Shown here one piece after another: positions 12,911 through 25,598 of a stretch of 64,000 bases of DNA (positions are counted from its first letter, which is position 1; every line of letters starts with the position of its first letter). Source of the DNA: Octopus vulgaris (taxonomy: Eukaryota); NCBI GenBank assembly GCA_951406725.2, contig OX597836.1, forward strand, positions 24,304,001-24,368,000, given 5' to 3'. The position numbers were made by a program, and so were the translations under genes. The notes beneath the pieces are model-generated. The model did not search any database. It was not told the DNA's origin and was given only the letters and a program-made list of their open reading frames with translations.

Positions 12911-13110
12911 ACACATCTGATACATACACACACACACAGCACACACGCACGCACACACACACACACATACATACATTTACATGCACACACATGTAAATGT
13001 ATGTATGTATGTGTGTGTGTGTGTGTGTGTACGCGCGTGCGTGTGTGTCGGTGTGTGTGTGTGTGTACGCGCGTGCGTGTGTGTCGGTGTGTGTGTGTAT
13101 GTATCAGATG
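12911..13110. repeat. About 200-bp fold-back built from CA/TG microsatellite
   Basis: acatctgatacatacacaca pairs with tgtgtgtatgtatcagatgt at the ends. catacatttacatg pairs with catgtaaatgtatg at the centre. Confidence 0.75.
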
Positions 13111-13198
13111 TTTATCAGTGAGTCTTATACGTGAAAAAATGTCTTTCAATGACCTGAGACGTATCAGATCTTCCATGACATAGTAACATATAAATATT

Positions 13199-13410
13199 CT
13201 TTTCTACTCCAGGCACAAGATCCGAATTTTTGTGAAGGGGGCCAGTCGATTAGACCGACCCTAGTATGCAACTGGTACATATTTTATCGACCCCGAAAGG
13301 ATGAGAGGCAAAGTAGACCTCGACGGAATTTGAACTCAGAACGTAAAGACAAACGAAATCCCGCTAAGCTCTTCGTCCGGCGTGCTAACGCTTTTGCCAG
13401 CTCGCCGCCA
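13199..13410 (-). mobile_element. SINE family B, older-tail subfamily
   Basis: Family B core and head. TSD catagYaacatataaatatt at 13179-13198 and 13409-13428. Confidence 0.85.
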
Positions 13411-13433
13411 TAGCAACATATAAATATTTATTT

Positions 13434-13716
13434 TTCCTTCTCGAGCCATGCCTGGCTCATAAGGGCCGGTTTCCCGGTTTCTTGGCGTATAGGTCCTCCA
13501 CCTGGACGGGACGCCGGTCCGTCGCAGGTGAGCTGCAAGATGCAGGAGGAAAGAGTGAGAGAAAGTTGTGGCGAAAGAGTCAGCAGAAGTTTCGCCATTA
13601 CCTTCTGCCGGAGCTGCGTGGAGATTAGGTGTTTCGCTCATAAACACACACATCGCCCGGCCTGAGATTCGAACCCCCGATCCCTCTGCTCTAACCACTT
13701 GGCCATATGCCTCCAC
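13434..13716 (-). mobile_element. tRNA-derived SINE family E (shares head and body with family D, different 3' tail)
   Basis: Minus strand gtggaggcatatggccaagtggttagagc..ggttcgaatctc..gagcgaaacacctaa..cacaactttctctcactct. TSD caacatataaatatt at 13414-13428 and 13716-13730. Confidence 0.85.
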
Positions 13717-14499
13717 AACATATAAATATTACAAATGAAAGGTGAAGTTTACTTCGAAGTTTCCAGATTCAGTTCCTCTTGAATAGTTTATATGTTCTTA
13801 AGGTGCGGGGGACAGTGATGCAATGACAAATCCAAAGCTAGAGGTTCCGTGTTCGAATTCAAGCTGTATTACGTTGATACTTAATAACCTTGAGAAAGAT
13901 ACGATTGTCGTTTCGTTTCGACTCCTTTACTCTGCAGCTTCATAGTTGCATAAAATACTTCCCACGCTAAAAACAACGGAACTGGGACTACATGGTCAAA
14001 GACTAATCATTTCAAATCTCGTCTTCCGAGCCCTACAAAATATTGATGACGTTGTACTGAACCATACTTAATAAACTTTTGACAGAAATCAGAACTATTC
14101 ACATTTTAGTGAAGAAAGCAGCAAAAATTAAGTCCATCGCTCTCTATAGGCTGGTGTAGAGTCAGTCAAACATGCTACTTAAATTCTTGCCGAACGCAAA
14201 TCTATTTCACTCGTCTCTATCAACAAGAGTGCTTGGGGAAAGTATGAAACTTATAACATTAATACGATCGGGCTGCATTGTCTAACGTATATACTTTATA
14301 AAGATACCTCACTTTAAATTCCACTTAAGCTCACAGCTTATCTATATATTTACCTCTCTCCCTCTCCATCATATTTGCGTGTGTGTGTGTGTGTGTGTGT
14401 GTGTATTCAATTAAAAGTTATAAACCTCATTAAGAAATAATAAAATCTAATGAAAATACTGGTTATTTACCAATCCATAGAAATATTTAAATATTTAAA

Positions 14500-14760
<261 letters not shown>

Positions 14761-14935
14761 TAGGTCCCGGGTTGAGTCGGGGTTAACCACAGTTAATAAG
14801 GTACTCAATACATAGCAGAGTAAATTAATTTATTTTATAGAAGGAGCTTCTACAGGACTAGAACTGTTTCATTCAAATGAAGCTTCCTGAAGATTTCATT
14901 TGAATGAAACAGTTCTAGTCCTGTAGAAGCTCCTT
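14761..14935. mobile_element. Fold-back Penelope-like pseudo-LTR fragment in (TA)n
   Basis: Perfect 41-bp inverted repeat (14841-14881 and 14895-14935) with a 13-nt loop. Unique sequence continues about 80 bp beyond the left arm. Contains a hammerhead motif and is flanked by TA tracts. Confidence 0.7.
14881..14931 (+). ncRNA. Type-I hammerhead ribozyme motif
   Basis: AGCTTC-CTGAAGA-tttcatttgaat-GAAACAG-ttctagtc-CTGTA-GAAGCT. 6-bp stem I, intact core, weak stem II (TTC/GAA), 4-bp stem III ACAG/CTGT, GUA triplet at 14923-14925. Confidence 0.7.
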
Positions 14936-14939
14936 ATAT

Positions 14940-14994
<55 letters not shown>

Positions 14995-14998
<4 letters not shown>

Positions 14999-15384
14999 AA
15001 TATTAGGGAATAAATCCAAATTTACAGGGAAAAAATCAGATTTAGGATTAAATCCAATTTTATAGTAAAATATTATATAATATTATTAGAGACAAAACCA
15101 CTATTTTAGTTTATATATTGTTTATATATTGATTATATATGGATTATATATAGGTTATATATAGATTATATATTTATATTTTTTCATTAATACTTTAATT
15201 ATTTAAAAATTATTATTTTTATATTTTAAAATATTGATATTTTAGATTGGAAGTCCACCTGAAGATTGTCGATCAGGACAAGAAACAATTGTAGTGGCGG
15301 TTTTTTTTTGACTTTTTATTAAAATTTTATGTATTGATTAAGTCTTTCCTTGTTTGTTTTGCAAAATAGTGGTTTTGTCTCTAA

Positions 15385-15396
<12 letters not shown>
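14995..15396 (+). mobile_element. Penelope-like pseudo-LTR mini-element with inverted 5' segment, in (TA)n
   Basis: 34-bp inverted repeat at 15074-15107 and 15363-15396 enclosing a hammerhead. TA tracts on both sides. Confidence 0.7.
15255..15297 (+). ncRNA. Minimal type-I hammerhead ribozyme, intact core
   Basis: CCAC-CTGAAGA-TTGTC(gatcag)GACAA-GAAA-caatt-GTA-GTGG. 4-bp stem I, 5-bp stem II, palindromic stem III ACAATTGT, GUA triplet at 15291-15293. Confidence 0.85.
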
Positions 15397-15433
<37 letters not shown>

Positions 15434-15459
15434 GGAGATGTACTCGCATAGCAAGTAAT

Positions 15460-15509
<50 letters not shown>

Positions 15510-15510
<1 letters not shown>

Positions 15511-15970
15511 ATTGTCTCCAACGATCCTCATGCTGAAGCTGATGAATTTCCTCAACATTTCCGGGCATGTCGTTCGTGCCAGATCTCCCACAACTCTCAT
15601 CGTTTTCCAGGGATGTTCTTCCGCTTTTGAAGAGCCCATGCCACTCGAAACATTGCGTACGACCCATTGCCCCGTCGCCGTAAGCTTGCCGAAGAATGCT
15701 CAATGTTTCTGTTGGAGACTTCCAAAGTTTAACACGAAATTTCACCTTGGTTCTTTGTTCCAACTTCCTGTCCATTATAAAAATCGCAGACAACAGCATA
15801 CACGTGATCAGAAGAACACAAATTTCAAAACTTACGAAGTAAACACAGCAGCATCACTTGGCATACTGCCTCATGAAGGTCACTGCTAGCTCTCACTGCG
15901 CACGCAAACATATGCTGCCATCTGTTGGCACGCTACAGAACTAGTCCAAGAACTTTTTGATAACATCCCG
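15510..15970 (-). mobile_element. Mariner transposon 5' fragment with transposase N-terminal HTH remnant
   Basis: TA followed by CGGGATGTTATCAAAAAGTTC end. [67 protein letters not shown] (15775 downward) is a typical mariner N-terminus. Truncated at (TA)n. Confidence 0.9.
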
Positions 15971-16072
15971 TACAAACACGTAGATACACACATACACACA
16001 CTCACATATAAATATATATATTTATTTATTTATATGTGAGTGTGTGTATGTGTGTGTATCTACATGTATGTA

Positions 16073-16170
16073 CGAGGTGGTATCAAAAAGTTCGCGGACT
16101 AGTTCTGTAGCGTGCCAACAGATGGCAGTATATGGCTGCGTGCGCAGTGAGAGCTTGCAGTGACCTTCAT
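16073..16170 (+). mobile_element. Second 5' end of the same mariner family, inverted
   Basis: cgaggtggtatcaaaaagttcgcggactagttctgtagcgtgccaacagatggcag is the reverse complement of 15873-15970 with about 10% differences. Confidence 0.85.
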
Positions 16171-16971
16171 TATATACATATTAAAACGCTTTGAAGAAAA
16201 AAGTTATCTTTTTTCAGTTATGTGACCTTTATAAACACTCTTAATTGGTTTGATTATAAAGTTAGAATTATCGAGGAACGCTAAGCTACGATTAAAGTAC
16301 GATTTAAGCATTGTTTCTATGCTAATTTTTTTTAATGTTAAAGTGATTTTAATAAACTTAAAACATTTGATGGAATATTTGAAAACGTTCGATTTCTGTG
16401 TTGTAAGCATACAATTAATAAAATAATTAATTTCCATTTGAACAAAGCCAACAAGTTTAAAATATTGCCAAGTTTCTCTCAATGCCATTATCTAGAATTA
16501 TGTAGAATTTTTTAAAAAATGAATTATTTATTTTTGTGCTTTTAAATGTATGTACCTTTATGCGATAACTTTGATCTGAAATTTTTAAACAAAACTTAGA
16601 GTTTGTATTTGATTTTTATTTCAGATTTCTGCTGATTTAAAACAGAGACACTTGAAATCAAAAGCTTTGTACTAGAGGCTTTCATCAACAACAGCTGTAA
16701 CGAGGGGCCAGACTGGATAAAAGTATGATCGCCACACAAACAATCAAAATGAATGTCTAGCCCGATATTAATAAATTTATTTTCTTTTTCGTTTGACTTC
16801 CGGACATCAAACGGAAAGATCCTCACCAATTCTTTTACTGTTGATTCTGTAAACTAACAGTTGATTCAGCTTAAAAGATTGTTTATCTCGAAAATCCGCT
16901 GTTGTTTTGTATATTTTGTATAAGGGAAGAATTACGTATTTTGTTGTTTTTTATACTCAATACATCTATTT

Positions 16972-17206
<235 letters not shown>

Positions 17207-18219
17207 GAGATTATTATAGAGATTATTTTTACCTTTCAATTTCACATTCTATTTAATTATTTTTCCAGATCATTATATCATTTTGAATAATTTCTCCATA
17301 TTTCTTTTCATAGACACATTGTCATCTATAGAGAATGATAATTTTTGTGAGAGACATTCCATATCCCTGTAGTCGTGACATCAATGTCTCGTCGATTAAC
17401 CTTGACCTTTGTGTCTGTATGTAGTGAGATGGACCACAGGATGATTGTATTGTCATTGTCTGAAACCATTTTCAATGCATATATTTGTAAACTACCTCAA
17501 TTCTTTTGGCATAAGGTAGCTTATGCCAGCAGATTTTAGAATTTGCTGTTTCCCACCCTCAATTCCCAATGAGTCAATCACTTATTGTTTCTGAATTATT
17601 CAGTACCTTATTAAACAATCATCTCTGTACCCTATAAGTCTCTATTAAATATATTATACAGACGTCTGGAACTGATGGTTATCTGGAAGCTTCGAATTAT
17701 TCGTTTTTATGAAGTATAAGCTATGTGTTGTGTTGATAAAGTATTCTACAAGTATCCAGGAGCAAAAATTGCTGTTTTTGACCAATCGCGGTCTTCTGAT
17801 ACTTCCTTTACCATTCTTCAAAATTCTGCTTCGCTTGCTCATTCATTTCAATCCTAGTTTTACCTAAAATCAATTCGGTTGAAGCCATCCTGCTTGTTTT
17901 GTTCAAAGAATGGTTGTCGATTTACATCACGAATCATTCTTGTTTATTTTGGGGGTATTTTTTGTCATATTATATTTCTGTAGTAATTATTTCTCTCTTA
18001 AATCAATTATCGTGTTATCTAATTCAATAACATTCTTCATGCTCTGTCTTTCTGTCAGTTACTTATTTACTTTACTTTTGATATTCCTATATCAATATAT
18101 TTGAAGGAATACCCACTCTCCTTTACAACTATTATTGCTGCTACAAATATAATATTAACTTGGGACTGAATTATTGATGTTCACGCGTGGTTTTCATTTC
18201 CATCGCACGTTTATGGTAT

Positions 18220-19090
18220 TGCAATAAAAAGTATGTTTACATATTCGAGTATTCGGGAAGAAAAGAAGGGTAAAATTTTCACAGAAAATTGAAGATATTT
18301 AAATTTTTTAATTTTCTAAAGATGATCATTTGTATGTCCGAACAGAGAAAATTGTGGTGTTCTTGCAATAAAAAGGATGTTTGCATTTTCGAATACTCAG
18401 GGAGAAAGAAAAAGAAAGAAAAGAAAGGGTAAAATTTTCCCAGAAATTGTAGATATTAAAGTTTAAAATTTTTTGAAGAGGCGCAGGAGTGGCTGTGTGG
18501 TAAGTAGCTTGTTTACCAACCACATGGTTCCGGGTTCAGTCCCACCCCACTGCGTGTCACCTTGGGCAAGTGTCTTCTGCTATAGCCTCGGGCCGACCAA
18601 AGCCTTGTGAGTGGATATGGTAACTGAAAGAAGCCCGTCGAATATATGTATATATATGTATGAGTGTGTGTGTCTGTGTTTGTCCCCCTAACATTGCTTG
18701 ACAACCGATGCTGGTGTGTTTATGTCCCCGTTACTTAGCGGTTCGGCAAAAGAGACCGATAGAATAAGTACTGGGCTTACAAAAGAATAAGTCCCGGGGT
18801 CGAGTTGCTCAATTAAAGGCGGTGCTCCAGCATGACCGCAGTCAAATGACTGAAACAAGTAAAAGAATAAAGAATAACCATTTGTGTGTCCGAACAGAGA
18901 AGACTGTAGTGTTCTTGCAATATAAAAGGATAAAATAGATATTCACAGAAGTTGTAGATATTAAAGTTTTAAAGGTTTTTAAAGACCATCGTTTCTGTGT
19001 TCGTTCGGGAAAAAACTGCAGATATGCAAGTTTTAAAACTTATTTTCAGGGAAATTTAAAATACTCACAGGAAATTGTAAATGTTCCAGT
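18220..19090. repeat. Degenerate minisatellite of roughly 145-160 bp (3-4 units) interrupted by a SINE
   Basis: Recurrent gcaataaaaag..gggtaaaattttc(a/c)cagaaa..gatattaaa..catttgt(a/g)tgtccgaacagaga..tgttctt on both sides of SINE A. Confidence 0.7.
18480..18877 (+). mobile_element. SINE family A, full length
   Basis: ggcgcaggagtggctgtgtggtaag (A box), gggttcagtccc (B box), caccttgggcaagtgtctt (CORE-like), internal TA/TG tract, aagaata-repeat tail. Confidence 0.92.
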
Positions 19091-19379
19091 TTTGGGGAGT
19101 TATTTTTCAGTTGTATTAGTGCTTTTGTGTCTTCGGCTACTGACTGGTCAGAACAAAACAGAAGACAAAACAATGTATTTGATAACACTTCCAATCAGTT
19201 AAGATCAGAAGCCATGCGAGCCACTGCCTAGTACAGCATATCATCATCATCATTATCATTATTATTATTATTATCATTATTATTATTATTATAATCCTCC
19301 TCCTCCTCCTCCTCCTCATGATGATGATGATGATCATCATCATCATCATCATATTATTATTATTATTATTATTATTATT

Positions 19380-19595
19380 AAGGTGGCGAGTTGGCAGAAT
19401 CTTTAGTGCGCCGGGCAAAATACTTAGCATTATTGTGCCCCTCTTAATTTTTTAGTTCAAATTCCTCCGCGGGCGACATTGCCATTCATCCTTTCGGGTT
19501 CGTTCAAATAAGTACCAGTTGAGTACTGGTGTTGACGTAATCGACTTCCCTTCCCCTCAAGAAAGACTGGTCCTGTGCCAATGTTTGAAACTGTT
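19380..19595 (+). mobile_element. Diverged SINE family B
   Basis: aaggtggcgagttggcagaa..gttcaaattcc..cattcatcctttcggg..aagtaccag. Confidence 0.75.
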
Positions 19596-20095
19596 ATTAT
19601 TGTTGATGGTGTTGTTGTTACGAGTGTATTTTTGGGGGCCATAATTAATTGTTTGGTTATTGTCTTCTGACATACTTCTTCCTTGTTTCTACACTCTGAC
19701 ATCCATTTTATATATGCATTCTTTAACAACCTAGAAATTTGTTCGGCCAACAAGCTAACCCAATGAAACTGGAATTGTCAAAACCAGGAAGATGTTATCC
19801 GTCCATTGTTGTCTACAAAAACATTGCAACAAAATAAAAAAAATTGTCCTGTCTAAATATCAGGTACTAATCAGATTAAGATGTAATTTAATGGTTAGTT
19901 AAATTTCTCATTTTTATTTATTTTTTTTTGCTCCTTGCTTAATCTTTTATATTGTCATCCAACTCCTTCTTTATGACCTCCTCTGCTTCTGTTTCTACAC
20001 ATGCATGTGTATGATTCTGAGTCTATTTAAAAATACAACCATATTACTCATAACATAAAAACATGGTGAGTGGGGGGTATTCTTCCTAGTACTTC

Positions 20096-20190
20096 AGTGG
20101 TTCTCAACCGGGATCCGTATTACATCTGGGGTTCCATATAAGATTTTTGGGAGCGGGTTATTATTATTTTTAAGGGTCCATAAAATAATT
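20096..20190 (+). mobile_element. hAT (Charlie-like) MITE end
   Basis: Starts CAGTGGTTCTCAACCGGG, a typical hAT-Charlie terminus. No partner end found. Confidence 0.45.
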
Positions 20191-22138
20191 TACTACACCT
20201 TCCTTTTTCCTTTCACCATTTTTTTCTAAGCCATGGTGATCCGTTAATGTTTCTCAGAACAGAAAGTCATTTTAATTAAAAGCAATATTTTCTGATTCTC
20301 TGATATAAATTGTTTAAATTTTGTTGTAAGTTGACCAGTTGAAGACCAACTCAAACACATCATCATGACATCTCTCTAGTCTTATCTGCTTTTTTTTTCT
20401 GTTTTCCCTAAACAGCGGGGCGTGTTTTGTTTCGGTTTTGTATTTTCTATTATATAGAAAATACTCCAAACACGTTTTGTACTGCTATTCTCTGAATGTT
20501 GCCTTTAGTGTTAGTTATAAGGTTTTGTTAATGGAATTTTCTACATAGTTATTTATCAATCTACAACACACGTCATTATACGAATTGCTGTTGTTGGTCT
20601 CCATATCCTAGTTATCTCTGATATATGGATTCTCTATTTTTCTTTTCGTTGATGCTGGAACTGACACTTCAATGATATCACGAGTGATAAAGTCAAAAGA
20701 TGCAACAAGCTAACCAAAAATCATTCAATGACACTTCTTTCACTGATCTATAATGTCTACCTTAACAAACTACTCATCATCATTTGTCATATTCGTCATC
20801 ATTTTCAAATATATTCGTACATAATAAACTTCTTGGGCGGTTATAATTTTATTGCGCTCTTTAAAAAAAAACCGACACTATCGCTATTCACAAATTAAGA
20901 TAATGGTAACCAACAGTCCATTCTTTTGTTCGTTTATTCTTTTGCTAGTTTCAGATTTGGACTCAGGCCAAACTGAAGCACAACAATCTGAGACTGATGC
21001 TTATTTATCGATTTCCATTTGTCAAACCATTAAATTATGGGACATAAAGGGCCAGAACACAAGTAACAAATCTAGATTTTTTGACACGTATAAACATAAA
21101 GACGGACACAGACGTACAAATATAGATACTATATTCGTAAACATAGATATATCAAACGACGGATATTCTTTGGTATGTTAGAAAAAAATTAAGTCAACAT
21201 TACCGTCTAAGCTGGCACCCGGATTCCTATCCGGAATCCTTTGGAACTACCTAGTACCTTTTCAGGGAAAATTGTGGTTTGCGTGGTTTCCTCTTCACAT
21301 TTTATAATTGGCTTTGCTCTTTTATAGAAAGAAAAAATATAGAATTAACAGTGAAACATTTCGTATCGTGAAAAGTTTTTTATTGCTTCGTACAGTGAAT
21401 ATGTTAGCTGTACATATAGTACATCCACACAATAATTGATGAATACGAATAAAAATTATGGCCGTATTGCAAACATTTAGGTAAGAAGTCACTGCACAAA
21501 TTTACCGAAAATTAATCTAATTCTGCGTAATACTATAATGATGTAAAAAGTCGTACAGCGCTGCACAGTAGAGTAATAGATTTAGAAGGAAAGGGCACAT
21601 TAGAGCTTGTGTGGGGTCATCGGGATATTCTGAATCAGAAGGAAAATATGTAACTGAATCAGAGGTGACCATCATAGTCTTTTGTTCTCCAGTTAAAGAA
21701 TGTTTATATACTAAATTTACAGCACATCAGAAACTTCAGGATCAGGTATGATGAGTTCTTTAGCAGCTAAAATGAAGATCACCTAAAGCTATTCTGGCTG
21801 GTTTGTTTAATGTAATTAGGTTTTTCTTTTTAACTAATTTTATTAAATTAATTTTTTTTTCTTTTTTCAGAGATGAAGATCCGTTGTTCAACAACTCTTA
21901 TTAATGCCACTGTGGAGGATTGATTTTAGTCATTCATTTTCATCTTCACTGTGTTTTTGTTTCTTCACATTTTGCTGCACCCATTTCGAGAATTTGTATC
22001 CGTGTATACGCATGTGCGACTGAGTATATGTTTATACATATACATGCATAGACACATAGACACACACACAGTCAGGTATACATTAGCACATATGTACATA
22101 TATATGTATGCACATATGTACATATATATATATATGTA

Positions 22139-22188
<50 letters not shown>

Positions 22189-22435
22189 GCACACGCATGC
22201 ACATACACATCTTCACGCATCTGAGAAAACAAACGAGGGGAGGGGACCTACTAAATATATGTAGTACTTATTCCTTCATTTTGTAGACCAATCTAAGTTA
22301 CGTTTCATATGCTCATAGCAGACAGAAAAATGATACTATTGATAGTAACAGCAGCAGTAGTAGTTGTTGAAGTGGTAGTTGTAATACATTATGGTGCTGC
22401 TGCTGCTGCTGCTGCTATTGTTGCATTTGGCTATG

Positions 22436-22705
22436 TGGTTGGCACTCCGTCGGTTACGACGTCGAGGATTCCAGTTGATCCGATTAACGTGAAATTAACG
22501 TGCAAGTGGCTGAGCACTCCACAGACACGTGTACCCCTAACGTAGTTCTCGGGAAGATTCAGCGTGGCACAGAATGTCACAAAGCTGGCCCTTTGAAATG
22601 CAGATACAACAGAAACAGAAAGAAAGAGTGAGAGAAAGTTGTGGTGAAAGAGTACAGCAGGGTTCGACACCATCCCCTGCCGGAGCTTTGTGGAACTTTA
22701 GGCAT
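22436..22705 (-). mobile_element. SINE family D, 5'-truncated
   Basis: Matches 54015-54393 and 61349-61733 (gcactccgtcggttacgac..gtggctgagcactccacagacacgtgtaccc). Confidence 0.88.
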
Positions 22706-24224
22706 TTGGCTATAGGCCATAGGTAAAAAAAAAAAAAATTAACTATGACCGTTGCAGTTCGTCTCAGATGGTATTAGTGAAAGAATAATCTTCAGCTTAT
22801 ACATATGGTAGTTGATTTACGCAGGAAAAGGCAAAAAAGCGTACAGGATATGATTTATAGAAGGTTCTAGTTCTGGCGAGACACATTTTAATGAAATGTC
22901 TGATGCAGTGTTTGGTGGGTGATACACTAAACGATTGACGAAATGAGAAGTGAGTGAATCGTTGATACATAGCCTTCTGAAGCAGATAAGTAGACAAACG
23001 TTGAAGCAATGTTAGAAAGGTGACATAGTGTATTTATTCTTCCAATGCTTGAAGGTTGGTTAAAGTATCGGAAGATTTTTGAGGCATTCTAAAATGCTTG
23101 TTTAAATATTATCGTCACACTCTATACATATTTGTTGCAGTGGATCGAGATGAGTGCATAACTATAATAGGTTCGGAGCTGAAATAATGTGAGATCTAAC
23201 ATTCGAGAAACAGTGTTGGTAATTTTATAGAACTATGGTCAATGCGAAAGTTAATCAGTGATTGTTATATCTATTCTTATAAGCTTTGTGTTTTGTAATG
23301 AATATAATAAAGGTTATATATTCCAGTGACTCGTCGACCTGATAATATATAACAGTTGCTGTCGACATCAGGTGGTGTCCATAAATTGATCACAACCACA
23401 GAATGAAAGAAGCAAGTCACTTAATATATAACCGATAAATAATAACTTTTAGAATGGCAGTAAAAAATTACTTCCAAATGCTCCGCTAGACGAATATATG
23501 TTGGGATGCTTGAATACGTTTTATAATGTGTGTGTGTGTGTGTGTGTGTGTATGCCTATATGTATGTATGTAAGTATGTATGTATGTATGTATGTATGCA
23601 TGTGTGTAGGTAGGTATGTAAGTATGTATGTATGTGTGTAGGTAGGTAGGTAGGTAGGTAGGTAGGTAGGTAGGTAGGCTTCGACTGGAACCTTCAGTTT
23701 CGCCTTACAGTACTGCTTAAATAATCCGTCTGACGAAATTTGAAGCCCTAATTAAGACTAATTTTACAGTTACAATGAATAGTACTGAGTCTCCTCGCCT
23801 TTAAGTTCTGAGATCAAATTCCACCGCGGCCAACCACAAAAGAAGGAATGAATAAATATGGAGTCGGTTTCGTCGAATGAGGAATCCACAGGACCCCCAC
23901 CCCATCCCACTTCCGTCGCTATATGTAATTGCCCTTGTCGCACACATTCTACTCTCGCCAAACTTCAAACAGAACCAGCGAGGCACTTTGTGACATCTGC
24001 ACTTATACAGCCTATGATTATCCGCTTTCACTTGTGTCAAAAAGTGGTAGCAGCCACGTAGTCGTTCGACCTGTTAGAAATAACAGCTAATTTTCCTTCA
24101 GCTTAAATCCCAATGAAGGTGACTTTGGGTAATGTAGTTTAAGATGTTCTGGAAACAAGAGATGCGACGCTGTCGACTGGAATATTTATAATCATAAGTT
24201 TCCTCCATAAATGTCATGGAGACA

Positions 24225-24392
24225 AACACCACCGCCGCCGCCACTACCACTACTACCACCACCACCACCACCACCGACACTACCACCACCAACGCCACCA
24301 CCACCAACACCACCACCACCACCAACACCACCACTAACACCACCACCACCACCACCACTAATGCCACTATCATCACCACCAGCAACAACAAC
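24225..24392. repeat. (ACC)n-rich microsatellite
   Basis: Direct reading. Confidence 0.9.
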
Positions 24393-25077
24393 TTCCTTTT
24401 CCTCACCTCACAAGGTTAGGTTTGGTTCAAAGTTCTGTAAGCATCGAACTCTGACATAATGGCTCCGAACGAACCTCTTAACCACACAGCCATTGCACCG
24501 TGCCAAGCTCTACAGTCTAAATGTCAGTTAATACGTTATTATCCAATTCCTCTTCGCAGTTTGCAATGTTTTAGTGAACACATACAAATTAGTGGGGAAT
24601 AAAACGTCCGTGGAATGAATATTAATATTTCGCCCTGTTGTAAGCCACTAAATGACATATCACAGCCACTCAGAGACTTCATCAGGGCCATAGAGAACAT
24701 CAAACATCTTCAAATAACAATAACTAGATAAAGATCCAACTATTCACAGTGGTGGCCACTTGAAAAGGCGTTTTATCTCGTCCATTTTATTTCATACTGC
24801 CCTTAATGACACGAGTTTCGTACACACACACACACACACACACATACACACACACACACTTGCTCTCTCTCTCTCTCTTTCTCTCTTCTCTTTCCCTCTC
24901 TTCCTCCCTCTCTTTCTTTCGCTTTTATCTTCCTATTATATACACAAACACGCATACATGGAGTTTGTTATGTTTGTAATTAACTGCACGAACAATACAT
25001 TTATACATACACACATACATAAATAAATATACATACATATACATACGTACACACATACATACATATACATATATACG

Positions 25078-25119
<42 letters not shown>

Positions 25120-25272
25120 CACATAGATACAAGCATAAATGCATACATAAATATGTATATATAAAATATGATATATATATCATATATATACATACATACA
25201 TATATGTATGCATATATGCATAGATATATACATATATATATACATATATATATAAATAAAATAATATAATAT

Positions 25273-25317
<45 letters not shown>

Positions 25318-25550
25318 GCATACATATATACATACATATATATATATATATGTATGTATTTATGCTTGTATGTGTGTTTGTAAAAGAATAACAATATTCA
25401 AAAATGTCTTCGGTGCTATTATAAACGTAAAATTGTAAATGTATAACGCACTCACTACATTAAAGGAGTGAAGGATTTGTTTTTGAATTTTGATAGTGAC
25501 CTATAAGTTACCGCTCCTCTGAGACAGAACTAAATTATGAATATTGATTT

Positions 25551-25598
<48 letters not shown>

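Noticed and set aside
24211-24459. Proline-rich or mucin-like ORFs
   Set aside because: Derived from an (ACC)n microsatellite with no convincing splice context.
24620-24690. Minus-strand CTGATGA...GAAA
   Set aside because: No stem II closing next to the core and no stem I or NUH geometry.
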